Assembly (NCBI GenBank): GCA_965372515.1
Contig: CBDVCO010000001.1
Span: 686-64,685, forward strand
Length of the DNA stretch: 64,000 nucleotides
Source of the DNA: an uncultured bacterium
GTDB lineage: Bacteria; Desulfobacterota; GWC2-55-46; JAJCZF01
Direction: 5' to 3'
Part shown: positions 39,302-48,588 of the stretch, piece by piece
Numbering within the stretch: the stretch's first letter is position 1
How the letters are laid out: every line of letters begins with the position of its first letter
Position numbers and translations under genes: made by a program
Notes under the pieces: model-generated
Told to the model about the DNA's origin: nothing
Databases searched by the model: none
Seen by the model: the letters and a program-made list of their open reading frames with translations, nothing else

Positions 39302-41284
39302 ATGCTCAACTTCAAGAACATACGGACATCTCTCGATTACGCATATTCCAGCCTATCCTCCAGAATACTGTTGTGTGGAGCTATCCTACTCTTAGTCATC
39401 CTGTTTAAACCAACTCTGTCATATAGCCGTTTAGCGCCCTTAGACCCGCGTGATCCGTATATACATAGAACATTGACCCTGGACGTGGGCTTTAATTTTA
39501 GGACCTCTTCATCCAAAATAGGAGACTTTCAGTCAAAACGAAGATGGAGCTTCGGCGAAAGCTATAAAGTATCTATACGCGGCAGCGTGATCGACCCGAG
39601 ATTTATGGTCTACGACTATTATACGTTTTATTCTCAAAGCCGGAATTCCACCAATCAAACTGGGAGCAATCTTGGCCTGGGTATAAAATCAACCATTTTC
39701 AGAAAGTTCAGATTTCCGGTTACCTTATATGAATACCGCTTTTATGGCAAAGATGTAATCAGAGATTCGTTCGGTGCCAGATCGCTCTTAAGGTTCAGGA
39801 GACTTCCTACTACCAGACTAAGAGCAAATTATGACAGGACGGAAACCGACACCAATATCTCCTTCAATTCAAACTATCAATTGAAGATGGATAAGAATAT
39901 TGGTCCAACATCTAATACGTTGAATTACGCTTATTCTATAAATGACAATGGCGCTACGCAATCTAATCTTGCCATAACCAATGGAACGCGTTTATCGCGA
40001 GCCACAAAAATGAACGCCGTTCTAGCTCATAATGTGGCCACTCCATCTGATATATCGGACGAGGACAAAACAAGTACAGGATTTACAATGTCGCTAGTGT
40101 CCAGGACGAGCGATGACTTCAGGCAGTTACACCAATATGCGGCCTACTCAAGCGAAACCACTTCGACTGAAGGAACCGTGACTGTCGATGGACAAAGCTA
40201 CAACGGAGGATGGAATTTTGCATTACTAAAAAATCTATCTACAGGCGGAGGAATATCCGTTTCAGAGAGTAATTCTCATGGCATCTCCAGTGAGAGCACT
40301 TCAGAAAGTTTTTCTGCACACTGGAACCTGAATTATACCATTACCAGGGGACTATCCCTTGTATGGGACTCATCATATCGAAGCACTCGTTCAAGTATTA
40401 TCTCGATATCGACCGACGAATCGAGCAGCGAGTATTTCAATACCAACATGGGCGTTACGTACTCTAGACGGATTCGCTCCGCCTCATTCTCATCAAGTTA
40501 TAGGGTCGGCTATGTTGAAGAGCTCTCCCTGCCTCTTAATGGCGGAGGAACAGGACTACGTCAGGGGATTAGTTTAGGTCTAGGCAACCTACATTATAAA
40601 AAAGTCTACGTCAATACCTCGTACAATGCAAGCCGCGTTGACGTTCTGACTGGCGACATCTGGTCCACATCACAATCCCTATCCGTTACAGCAACACCAA
40701 GATACTGGACAAAATATGGAAGCATAGGCTCTTCATATAGATTCAGAACCTCTAGGAACTGGCGTAACCCTGAAGCGGTCTCATCACATAATTTAAACTT
40801 TAATGCCAGGAGCAGAGAAATAAGAAGGACAAGAGGATCTGCAAGCCAGAACTTTTCAATAGAAAAGTCCGGTCATTTAAGCGATTCTACAAATAAAATA
40901 AGTTCTTCCAGGCTTTCCATTTCTCACAACAGAACAGTCATGGGAGGAAAAACTCAACTTTCTTTCTTAATCAATTATCGCAAGCACGAGCATGGAAGGG
41001 CTCTTAACAAGCGTATAGATGCAAGATTCAAAGCGGGGTACTTTAGGCCACTTTTTAGGCGCGTCGCTTGGCGTTCCTATTTCGACTACTCTAGAGGCAA
41101 AGACCTTAGCAATAACACAAGCCATTCCGATACGAGCTTCGCAAACACTCTCGCATACAATCTAAGGAGTTGGAGCATTTTTGCGGAGCATCAAATTACA
41201 CATTCTTCAAGCAAGCATACCGCTACTATTATTAAAGAACAATTTATGTTAATCTTAAAAAGATCTTTCGTCAGGGGATTCTGA
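39302..41284 (+). CDS. Putative large outer-membrane beta-barrel protein, Ser/Thr/Asn/Arg/Tyr-rich, 660 aa.
   Basis: Signal-like N-terminus. Pervasive alternating hydrophobic/polar beta-strand pattern. C-terminal Phe (VRGF) typical of an OMP beta-signal. Confidence 0.45.
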   Translation: MLNFKNIRTSLDYAYSSLSSRILLCGAILLLVILFKPTLSYSRLAPLDPRDPYIHRTLTLDVGFNFRTSSSKIGDFQSKRRWSFGESYKVSIRGSVIDPRFMVYDYYTFYSQSRNSTNQTGSNLGLGIKSTIFRKFRFPVTLYEYRFYGKDVIRDSFGARSLLRFRRLPTTRLRANYDRTETDTNISFNSNYQLKMDKNIGPTSNTLNYAYSINDNGATQSNLAITNGTRLSRATKMNAVLAHNVATPSDISDEDKTSTGFTMSLVSRTSDDFRQLHQYAAYSSETTSTEGTVTVDGQSYNGGWNFALLKNLSTGGGISVSESNSHGISSESTSESFSAHWNLNYTITRGLSLVWDSSYRSTRSSIISISTDESSSEYFNTNMGVTYSRRIRSASFSSSYRVGYVEELSLPLNGGGTGLRQGISLGLGNLHYKKVYVNTSYNASRVDVLTGDIWSTSQSLSVTATPRYWTKYGSIGSSYRFRTSRNWRNPEAVSSHNLNFNARSREIRRTRGSASQNFSIEKSGHLSDSTNKISSSRLSISHNRTVMGGKTQLSFLINYRKHEHGRALNKRIDARFKAGYFRPLFRRVAWRSYFDYSRGKDLSNNTSHSDTSFANTLAYNLRSWSIFAEHQITHSSSKHTATIIKEQFMLILKRSFVRGF

Positions 41285-41416
41285 CAACGTTAGGACCGAG
41301 CGAAAACAAAAGCATTATAATGCAACATTCCATTTTATTCATATTTCTTATCATTGTCCTTAAGGATGGGAAATAAGGCAAACTCGAATAGAGCATATTA
41401 CTAATATTGCCAAGCG

Positions 41417-43525
41417 TTACCTTCCGGATCTTCCAATGGATTTTGCTCTATTTAGCCTGGCTTTAGCCTCTCTGTAGTCTGGATCGATCTCAAGGACCTT
41501 CTCGAAACTCTCGATTGCCGCCTCGAACTCGCCACTGTCTAAATATATAAGACCCAGATTAAAGTACGCGTCAGGCCCTTTGGGATCAACCATAACTGTC
41601 TCCTTATAGTAGCGCTCGGCCAGGCGAATATCACCGACATAGTGATAGACCCAGGCAAGGCCGTAAAGCGCCCTTGCGTTCTTTGGTTCAAGTCTCACGG
41701 CCTCTTTAAAAGAATTGATCGCACTCTGGTTATCCCCTACCTCCTGAAAACTCCATGCAAGATTATAGTGGGCAATACTACTAAAGGGATTTAACTCTAC
41801 TGCCTCTTTATAAAAACCAAGAGCGGCGGCCGGATTTCCGCTCTGCTTATAGGCCTGGGCGAGGTTGCCCCTGGCCCTCTCGTTTAATGGATTTACACGG
41901 ATTGTCTCCTTATAAAAATGAATCGCCTTCTCAACATCCCCTGCCTGATCATAAATAACCGCAAGGTTAAAAAAGGCCTTGTCGTTTAACGGATTTAATC
42001 TGATTGTCTTCTCATAGTAAGCCGCTGCATTCAATTGATCGTCCATATCATTATAAATAAGAGCCAGGTTATAGTACGGTTTATAGTTAAAGGGCTCAAG
42101 CCTGACGACCCGTTTATAGTACTCGATAGCCTCCTCGTTATCTCCCTGCTCGCGAAAAGCCGCCGCCAGACCCAGATTTACTATCGCGCTTTCAGGGGCC
42201 GAGTTTACCGTATCGGACCAAAGGCTCATGGAGTCCGTCCATACCATACTCCTCCTCACAGTAAAGACTCCGTATAGGGCAAAAATTGCGAGCAAAACAA
42301 TCAAGACGGCCTTTCGCCTCTCTGCGGCTCTCAAAAAAATGGCATGAAATATCACGGCGACTATCATGGCGAACCCGGCCGATGGCAGATAGAGATACCT
42401 GTCGGCAAAGCCGCCCGTCGAAACTACCGGTATATAGAGTACCGGCAGGAGCGGAATAATGATCCATAAAATAGGGAAGAATACGGCGGCCCTTCGCCTG
42501 AACGCCACAAGGAGCAAGCAAATAACAACCATTACCGCTATAGAGAGTAAGACCATAGGCTCGAAGAGCGAATAAAAAGGTTCAAGGACGTAGATGACGC
42601 TTAAGTTAGCGGGCCATAGGAGTTTGCCCATATAACGCAGGATTGCAGGAAAGATATTCACCATGGATCCATAAAGCCCGGTACCGGCCATCTCCTTTTG
42701 CGCAAACCCTCCAAGGGCATATGTACGAAGCACCATATAAATTACAGCCGCAAGAATATATGGGATATAGGTAAGATAGCGCTTTATGAAGGAGCGCCCT
42801 TTTGTCGAGAAGTCATAGCACCAGATAATGAGCAAAAAAGCCATGGCCGTCTCTTTACTGAGGAGCGCTATAAAGAAGAGGATAACAGAGAGAATCGTCC
42901 ATAGGGTTCTGCCCCTTAAGAACGCGTTCAGGTCGAGCCTTATGTATATATAGAAGGCCGCCAGAAGAAAGAGCGTGTATAGAAGCTCCGGAAGAGCAGA
43001 GACCCAGTTGACCACCTCGCTGTTAATGGGGTGAAGCGCGAAGATCAGGGCGGCAACAAAGGCCCAGTACGTAGCGCTTGAAGAGTGCGCCCTCTCAAGT
43101 GCAGCCTCTAGCTCCCCTTCCTGTTCCCCTTCGGACTTGTTCACCCCAAAGCCCATGGACCTAAAGAGCGTCGAGACGACGAGAAAGACGAAAAGGCTGT
43201 TCAGGGAGTGTAGGATAATATTTAAGAGATGAAAAACCACCGGGTAAAAACCGAAAAGATGATACTCGGCCAGAAATACCAGATGCATCACGGGCCTATA
43301 ATAATTTGACCCTGCCGTCTCCTTCATAAACGACCAGGAGGCGGAGAAGAAAATATCACCAAGATGCGCCGTATCGACGATCCAGGGATTGCCGAGCACC
43401 TGCTCCATATCGTCGTATACAAAGCCGTGAAATAGTGTCGGCAGATATACGATACAAGTTACTAGAAAGAGCGTAGCGAACAAAACGTATCCAACGCTCT
43501 TCTTGTGAGTTGGCAATATAGCCAT
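41417..43525 (-). CDS. Second TMTC/PMT-like GT-C membrane domain plus TPR protein, also 702 aa. Paralogue of 27282..29390.
   Basis: Same architecture (HGFVYDDMEQV loop motif, multi-TM, C-terminal TPRs). Confidence 0.6.
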   Translation of the reverse strand: MAILPTHKKSVGYVLFATLFLVTCIVYLPTLFHGFVYDDMEQVLGNPWIVDTAHLGDIFFSASWSFMKETAGSNYYRPVMHLVFLAEYHLFGFYPVVFHLLNIILHSLNSLFVFLVVSTLFRSMGFGVNKSEGEQEGELEAALERAHSSSATYWAFVAALIFALHPINSEVVNWVSALPELLYTLFLLAAFYIYIRLDLNAFLRGRTLWTILSVILFFIALLSKETAMAFLLIIWCYDFSTKGRSFIKRYLTYIPYILAAVIYMVLRTYALGGFAQKEMAGTGLYGSMVNIFPAILRYMGKLLWPANLSVIYVLEPFYSLFEPMVLLSIAVMVVICLLLVAFRRRAAVFFPILWIIIPLLPVLYIPVVSTGGFADRYLYLPSAGFAMIVAVIFHAIFLRAAERRKAVLIVLLAIFALYGVFTVRRSMVWTDSMSLWSDTVNSAPESAIVNLGLAAAFREQGDNEEAIEYYKRVVRLEPFNYKPYYNLALIYNDMDDQLNAAAYYEKTIRLNPLNDKAFFNLAVIYDQAGDVEKAIHFYKETIRVNPLNERARGNLAQAYKQSGNPAAALGFYKEAVELNPFSSIAHYNLAWSFQEVGDNQSAINSFKEAVRLEPKNARALYGLAWVYHYVGDIRLAERYYKETVMVDPKGPDAYFNLGLIYLDSGEFEAAIESFEKVLEIDPDYREAKARLNRAKSIGRSGR

Positions 43526-43686
43526 CTTCTGAGCCTTAAATAATGAGAACGAATTGTTAAATAGGCATAATTAAAGGATTTCCCCTGCAAGGCCTACATC
43601 ATTGGACATTTTAACTCAATTAAGGAGGAATTTTCAAGGCCAAGCATCTACTTGATTTAATTCGTATTTTGCTATAGACTGTATCC

Positions 43687-46422
43687 ATGCTTACCTCCTA
43701 CAACAATGACAAGATATCGCTATTTGCCCCCCTAATAAAGAACAGGGAAGTTTTCCTGAGCGGTATGCCATGGCTACTGGATCCCGCAAAAATTCGCTTC
43801 AAGCTCGGTGAGACCCTCAAGGATCTCAAAGTGCCCTACCACATGGGCAAAGAGGATGAAGCTATTATTGGTAATGCCATCACGAGCCTCGTCTCCCTCT
43901 TACAAACGCGCTATCAAAAGGACTCCCCTGAGGCCGGAAAGAAGAAGCAGAGCACATTCAGCTCAACCCCCACAACAAAGAGCGAACCCCTGATGGATAC
44001 GACCTACTGGCTAGGAGTATTCAAGCAGGATTCTCTCGAGATGAGTCTCGCCAAAGATATACTTCGTACAACACCATTGATTGACAGCGCGATTCTCAAG
44101 CAATGGCTCGATAAGAACGGTAAGGGCGGAAAACTACTTCAATGGACAATGACAATCCTTGAAAAAGCACTTTGCGAGGAAGCAGGAGATGAAAGCGGAG
44201 AGATGACCTCATACATGGTGCTACTGGCCATAATTACGACCATTGTCAAGAAGAAGGAACGGATAAAGGATTTTACAATCAAGGGCGCTTCGCTTGAAAG
44301 GATAGACGTAGCGACCGGTTCCACACTCTTTATGACCATTAAAGCCGCGGTGGAAGAACTCTTTAAAAAGATCAAGACCTCCGAGTCGATCTACTGCAAC
44401 CCGGCGACCGAATCTATTCTTAAAAGCACGGTTATCCCCGAGTCATTCCTGCTGATACCCAGCGTACTCCTTAGTAACTCGCTGAATCCATACGGGATAA
44501 GGAATGAGACGGCTGAGATCATATCCGCGTACACACCCGAGACCAGCCAGTGGCCTGATGATGTCGAAAAACTCATAAATAAATCTTTTAAACAACTCAC
44601 AGGAAATAAGAAGGACAAACAAAAGCTCTGGACTTACTGTCTGATCACCAAGTTCAGGGAGCATATAATAAACTATCTCATGCAATACGACCTGCCGGGC
44701 ACAAAAGGGCACGAGTTATTCTACGACCTCTATCGTGAGGATCGTCATATGCATATACTCGACCCCAAGACGCTCGACTCTTTAAGCTCTCTTTTGGACG
44801 AGTTTACGGACAAATACGGGAAGGATCAGGAAAGGATTGAGAAATTTACTTTATTAAAACACCTGATTGAAATATTAAGAAGTGAAAAAACCATGGCAAA
44901 GGAAGCCAAATCAAAACAAGGCGCCCAGATCATATCCGACATGGTCAGGGGTTTCATAGCTTACAAACTGGACTCACATGCCTCTCAATTCATAGGCGCT
45001 TCGAGAGGGGCCCTCGTTAACAGGCGCGAGAAATACACCGGCGACCTTCTTTTGGAAGAATTCAAAAATGGCAGACTATACAGGTTTTCAAGCGACCGCA
45101 GGGAGATTCTCTGCGGGCTGACCATCAAACAAGAGGGTCAACTTATCATCGACATGAAGGATTTCACAAAAAAGACCTTGAAATTAAAAGAGATCGCAAT
45201 GGCCGACTTTATGAAAGAGAATTTTTATGAACCGATACTAAACGAGGCAAAGAAATACGGGATCGATAAGGGGCTTGTTGACAAAGATGCCGGCATTACC
45301 CTTAACGGCTTGCCTGGAGACGCCGCAATATTCTCAGGCGGCGTCGGCAACCTGATCTCTCTTGCAGAGGATATAAGCAAGGTTATCAAAGACTACCGCG
45401 AGAAGGTAAAAGAGAAATTTCTGCCAAAGCTTGACAAACACATCCAGACGATACATGAAAGATACCTGAGCCAACAGAAACGGGAGGCAGAGGAGAAGGA
45501 AGACTTGAGGGAGTTGATCGGTCTTGATGACAGCCTCGTCTCGCTTGATGACGCAGAGGATATGGTCGAACAAATCACGCGCGATGAGTTGGAAGCCACT
45601 ATCACCGAGGAGATGGATGCCGGCCTCTTCATCTCTTACGGCGTAAAAGCTGAGACAATGCTACTAGAGACTAAAGACGGGACTAATGAGCCTCCCGTCA
45701 AGGTAGCTATCGGCGAGAAGATCAACGAGTCCAGCAGGGGAACGGACCGGAACCTTGCCGTCATGAATAAGAGCGCCGCGCTCCTGGAGGAGGAGAAGCA
45801 TCAAAGAAGTAACGATAGCTTAATCAATCCTTTTGAGGTCCACATAGACAAGATATTCAATATTCGCATACCTGCTGAAATTGAAAATATGCTTGGAAAA
45901 GAATTTCGTGGAGAGGCCAAACACGACACTTCCGAGCTTATCGAAAAGCTTATGGATGAATATTCAAACGACCTTGAAAAAATACGTCAGGATATGCCGC
46001 CTGACTCACTTAAGGCCCTTCACATAAGAACGCAGCTTTACAACAAGGGTCACGCCCTATCCAAAGAAGCGCTCAACGCCTATATAAGAGAGGCGACCGG
46101 CAGGAAGTTCTTCTTTAAAAAAGAACTTCCTGTCACAGATCTTTCGCCAGCCATACAAGAAAATTTCTATTTCCCACGGAATATAAATGAGTTCTGGTTC
46201 AGCGTGGAGGTAAAAAAGGGCGTTGAAAAGGTCGAGCTCTTCTCCAGGGTCGGAGAGATGGTCTTCAAGGGTTTTGAATCCTCTCCGCCGACCGAAATCT
46301 ACGAGATCATCGATCGGGACGGAGAGTTCTTTAAGGCAATTTTAAACGATCACTTCAACGGTTGGTTCAAGGAGGCTCAAAAGGCCGCTAACGTCAAATA
46401 CGAAACCCCGGCCGAGAAATAA
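43687..46422 (+). CDS. Large (911 aa) cytoplasmic hypothetical protein, K/E-rich, with cryptic class-III nucleotidyl-cyclase-like motifs in the central region.
   Basis: No signal peptide or TM helices. Motif series IIDMKDFT ... LPGDAAIFSGG ... GEKINESSR parallels FxDIxGFT / IGDAYM / GDTVNxASR of adenylyl/guanylyl cyclase catalytic (CHD) domains. The region has lower GC than its neighbours. Confidence 0.5.
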   Translation: MLTSYNNDKISLFAPLIKNREVFLSGMPWLLDPAKIRFKLGETLKDLKVPYHMGKEDEAIIGNAITSLVSLLQTRYQKDSPEAGKKKQSTFSSTPTTKSEPLMDTTYWLGVFKQDSLEMSLAKDILRTTPLIDSAILKQWLDKNGKGGKLLQWTMTILEKALCEEAGDESGEMTSYMVLLAIITTIVKKKERIKDFTIKGASLERIDVATGSTLFMTIKAAVEELFKKIKTSESIYCNPATESILKSTVIPESFLLIPSVLLSNSLNPYGIRNETAEIISAYTPETSQWPDDVEKLINKSFKQLTGNKKDKQKLWTYCLITKFREHIINYLMQYDLPGTKGHELFYDLYREDRHMHILDPKTLDSLSSLLDEFTDKYGKDQERIEKFTLLKHLIEILRSEKTMAKEAKSKQGAQIISDMVRGFIAYKLDSHASQFIGASRGALVNRREKYTGDLLLEEFKNGRLYRFSSDRREILCGLTIKQEGQLIIDMKDFTKKTLKLKEIAMADFMKENFYEPILNEAKKYGIDKGLVDKDAGITLNGLPGDAAIFSGGVGNLISLAEDISKVIKDYREKVKEKFLPKLDKHIQTIHERYLSQQKREAEEKEDLRELIGLDDSLVSLDDAEDMVEQITRDELEATITEEMDAGLFISYGVKAETMLLETKDGTNEPPVKVAIGEKINESSRGTDRNLAVMNKSAALLEEEKHQRSNDSLINPFEVHIDKIFNIRIPAEIENMLGKEFRGEAKHDTSELIEKLMDEYSNDLEKIRQDMPPDSLKALHIRTQLYNKGHALSKEALNAYIREATGRKFFFKKELPVTDLSPAIQENFYFPRNINEFWFSVEVKKGVEKVELFSRVGEMVFKGFESSPPTEIYEIIDRDGEFFKAILNDHFNGWFKEAQKAANVKYETPAEK

Positions 46423-46428
46423 AGAGTC

Positions 46429-47322
46429 CTATCCCTCTCCTTCTGAAATATTCAAGACCTCGTTCATACTTCCGGTGCGGAAACCCTGAAGATCAAGGGT
46501 GATATATACAAAGCCGATACGCTTAAAACTCTCGACTATCTCCCTTCTAATATCATCCTTCATCATGCCCGCGATCTCCGCAGGACCCACCTCGATCCTG
46601 GCCGTCTCCCCGTGATACCTGACCCTGAACTCTTTAAAACCGAGCGCCTTGATAACGCCTTCACATTCGCTGACAAGCTTAAGCCGCTCTTCTGTTATCC
46701 GGGTTCCATAGGGAAAACGTGACGAGAGGCACGCTAGCGCAGGCTTATCCCAGGAGCTTACGCCGAGATATCGGCCAAGCTCGCGCAACTCATCCTTAGT
46801 AAGACCGGCCTCAACGAGCGGACTCCTTACCTCCAACTCTTTAGCGGCCTCCATGCCGGGACGATAATCCGTGAGATCGTCCACATTGGTCCCGTCGGCC
46901 ACGAAGGTGAGCCCCCTCTCCCCTGCCCTCGCCTTACAGATCTTAAAGAGTTCGCTCTTGCAATGGTAGCAACGCGACGGCGAATTCTCAGCGAAATTCT
47001 CTATCTCAAGCTCATTTGACTCTACGATAATATGATCTACTTGAATATTTGCGGCAAAGAGTTTCGCCTCTTCGAGTTCACTTTCAAGATATGTAGGGCT
47101 CGTGGCGGTAAGTGCCGAAACTTTGCCTTTAAGCGTAAGCGCGGCAACGTGGAGGAGAAACCCCGAGTCAACGCCGCCTGAGAAGGCGACAAGAAGAGAG
47201 CCCATCTCATTAATAATTCGTCTTAGATACTCGAGCTTGCCTAAAAGCTCCTTTGAAGGTGTCTCCTGATGGACCGTTTCACAACGCGCAACGTGAGCCC
47301 CGCTCTCCTTATTTGTCAGCAT
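46429..47322 (-). CDS. larE: LarE-like PP-loop ATP pyrophosphatase (TIGR00268-type, putative sulfur transferase).
   Basis: SGGVDS PP-loop and LarE-family pattern. Confidence 0.6.
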   Translation of the reverse strand: MLTNKESGAHVARCETVHQETPSKELLGKLEYLRRIINEMGSLLVAFSGGVDSGFLLHVAALTLKGKVSALTATSPTYLESELEEAKLFAANIQVDHIIVESNELEIENFAENSPSRCYHCKSELFKICKARAGERGLTFVADGTNVDDLTDYRPGMEAAKELEVRSPLVEAGLTKDELRELGRYLGVSSWDKPALACLSSRFPYGTRITEERLKLVSECEGVIKALGFKEFRVRYHGETARIEVGPAEIAGMMKDDIRREIVESFKRIGFVYITLDLQGFRTGSMNEVLNISEGEG

Positions 47323-48416
47323 ACATTATACTCCATGATCTCACTCTCACTCTCGCTCTCCTTGCCACTGTGAATGTTGTCGACAAGCTCCACCTCTTTT
47401 GTCTCTTCGCCACATGTAATACGCACCCTGGGCTCAACGCCAGCCTTGGAGGCGCTGTAGCGAATGAGCAGATCGAAAACGAAACGTGCCGTAGCCTCGT
47501 CCCCATTCCAATCCCCATCCAATGGACCGCAGACAACGGCATTCGGGCCCGGAAAGTTCACAGGCTCTATAAGGCTCTCACCCTCTTGAACGAGATTGGT
47601 GAGTCTGAGATTATCGGCCTTGTCCCTGCCGATAACCACCTTCGTACCATTAAAACGAAAGTGCCTACCGGTCTTCAGCATCTGCAGGTCCTTAGTAGTG
47701 ACCGTCTCCTTGTGGTCGAGTAAGTCCCTCACCTTCTTTGAGAATATCTTATCGGTAAGGAGACACCCCCCAGACGGGCACGGGTAGTCGTCTATATCCA
47801 GCTCGTCCGCTTTATCCATTATGGGTCTTCTTCCCCTGCCCGCGACATCCATGAGTTTTTCTCTATCGACCAGCCCCTCTTTTTCAGGAACGGTCTCTTC
47901 GAGATTGAGCGCGCACAGAGGCCTCAAGATCAAACCCTCAAGGCCGCTCTCACGTTCGATAGTTGCAAAATTGGCCCTCCTCTGGCTCATGGGCCTTTGC
48001 CCGACGACCTCACCCGTTATCACGAAAGAGGCCCCTATCTCCTCCATATAACGCCTGGCCGAGCGGAACATAAATATGCGGCAATCGACACAGGGGTTTA
48101 TCCCTTTGCCGTAGCCGTACTTGGGGTTCCTTACGATGTCGATATATTCAGGGCCCTTATTGATAACCTTGATAGGAACGCCGAACTTTTCACTAACCAG
48201 CCTTGCCTGCCCCTTACAGCCCGCCTGCTCACCCTGGATATGGCCGGAGGCGAGCGCTATCACCTCTCCCGCACCCTTCTTCTTTGCCCCTGAATCGCAG
48301 GTACAAAAAGCGGAAGTAAAGTTCAGGGCATATACCTCTATGCCCTGGTCTATCATAAGCTTCACGGCAAGCGTTGAGTCGAGCCCGCCGGAAAGTAGTG
48401 CTATTGCCTTAGTCAT
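47316..48416 (-). CDS. ThiI-like PP-loop ATPase (tRNA-thiolation-type adenylation domain without a THUMP domain).
   Basis: LSGGLDS PP-loop and NPCVDCR...ITGEVVGQRPMSQ resemble the ThiI AANH domain. Overlaps the larE-like gene by 7 nt. Confidence 0.6.
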   Translation of the reverse strand: MTKAIALLSGGLDSTLAVKLMIDQGIEVYALNFTSAFCTCDSGAKKKGAGEVIALASGHIQGEQAGCKGQARLVSEKFGVPIKVINKGPEYIDIVRNPKYGYGKGINPCVDCRIFMFRSARRYMEEIGASFVITGEVVGQRPMSQRRANFATIERESGLEGLILRPLCALNLEETVPEKEGLVDREKLMDVAGRGRRPIMDKADELDIDDYPCPSGGCLLTDKIFSKKVRDLLDHKETVTTKDLQMLKTGRHFRFNGTKVVIGRDKADNLRLTNLVQEGESLIEPVNFPGPNAVVCGPLDGDWNGDEATARFVFDLLIRYSASKAGVEPRVRITCGEETKEVELVDNIHSGKESESESEIMEYNVC

Positions 48417-48588
48417 AGTGCCGTATAACCTCCATATTAGAATTCTTCTTCATTAATATAGTATTATACTTTGAAGCCCGCGATATTGCAATTTCATATA
48501 CAAGAACCCCTCTATTTATGATAGAATTTAAAGGTTTACGGGGTAACAGTATGGATCTTAACCATAAAATTCAAGGCAGGTATGCCGT

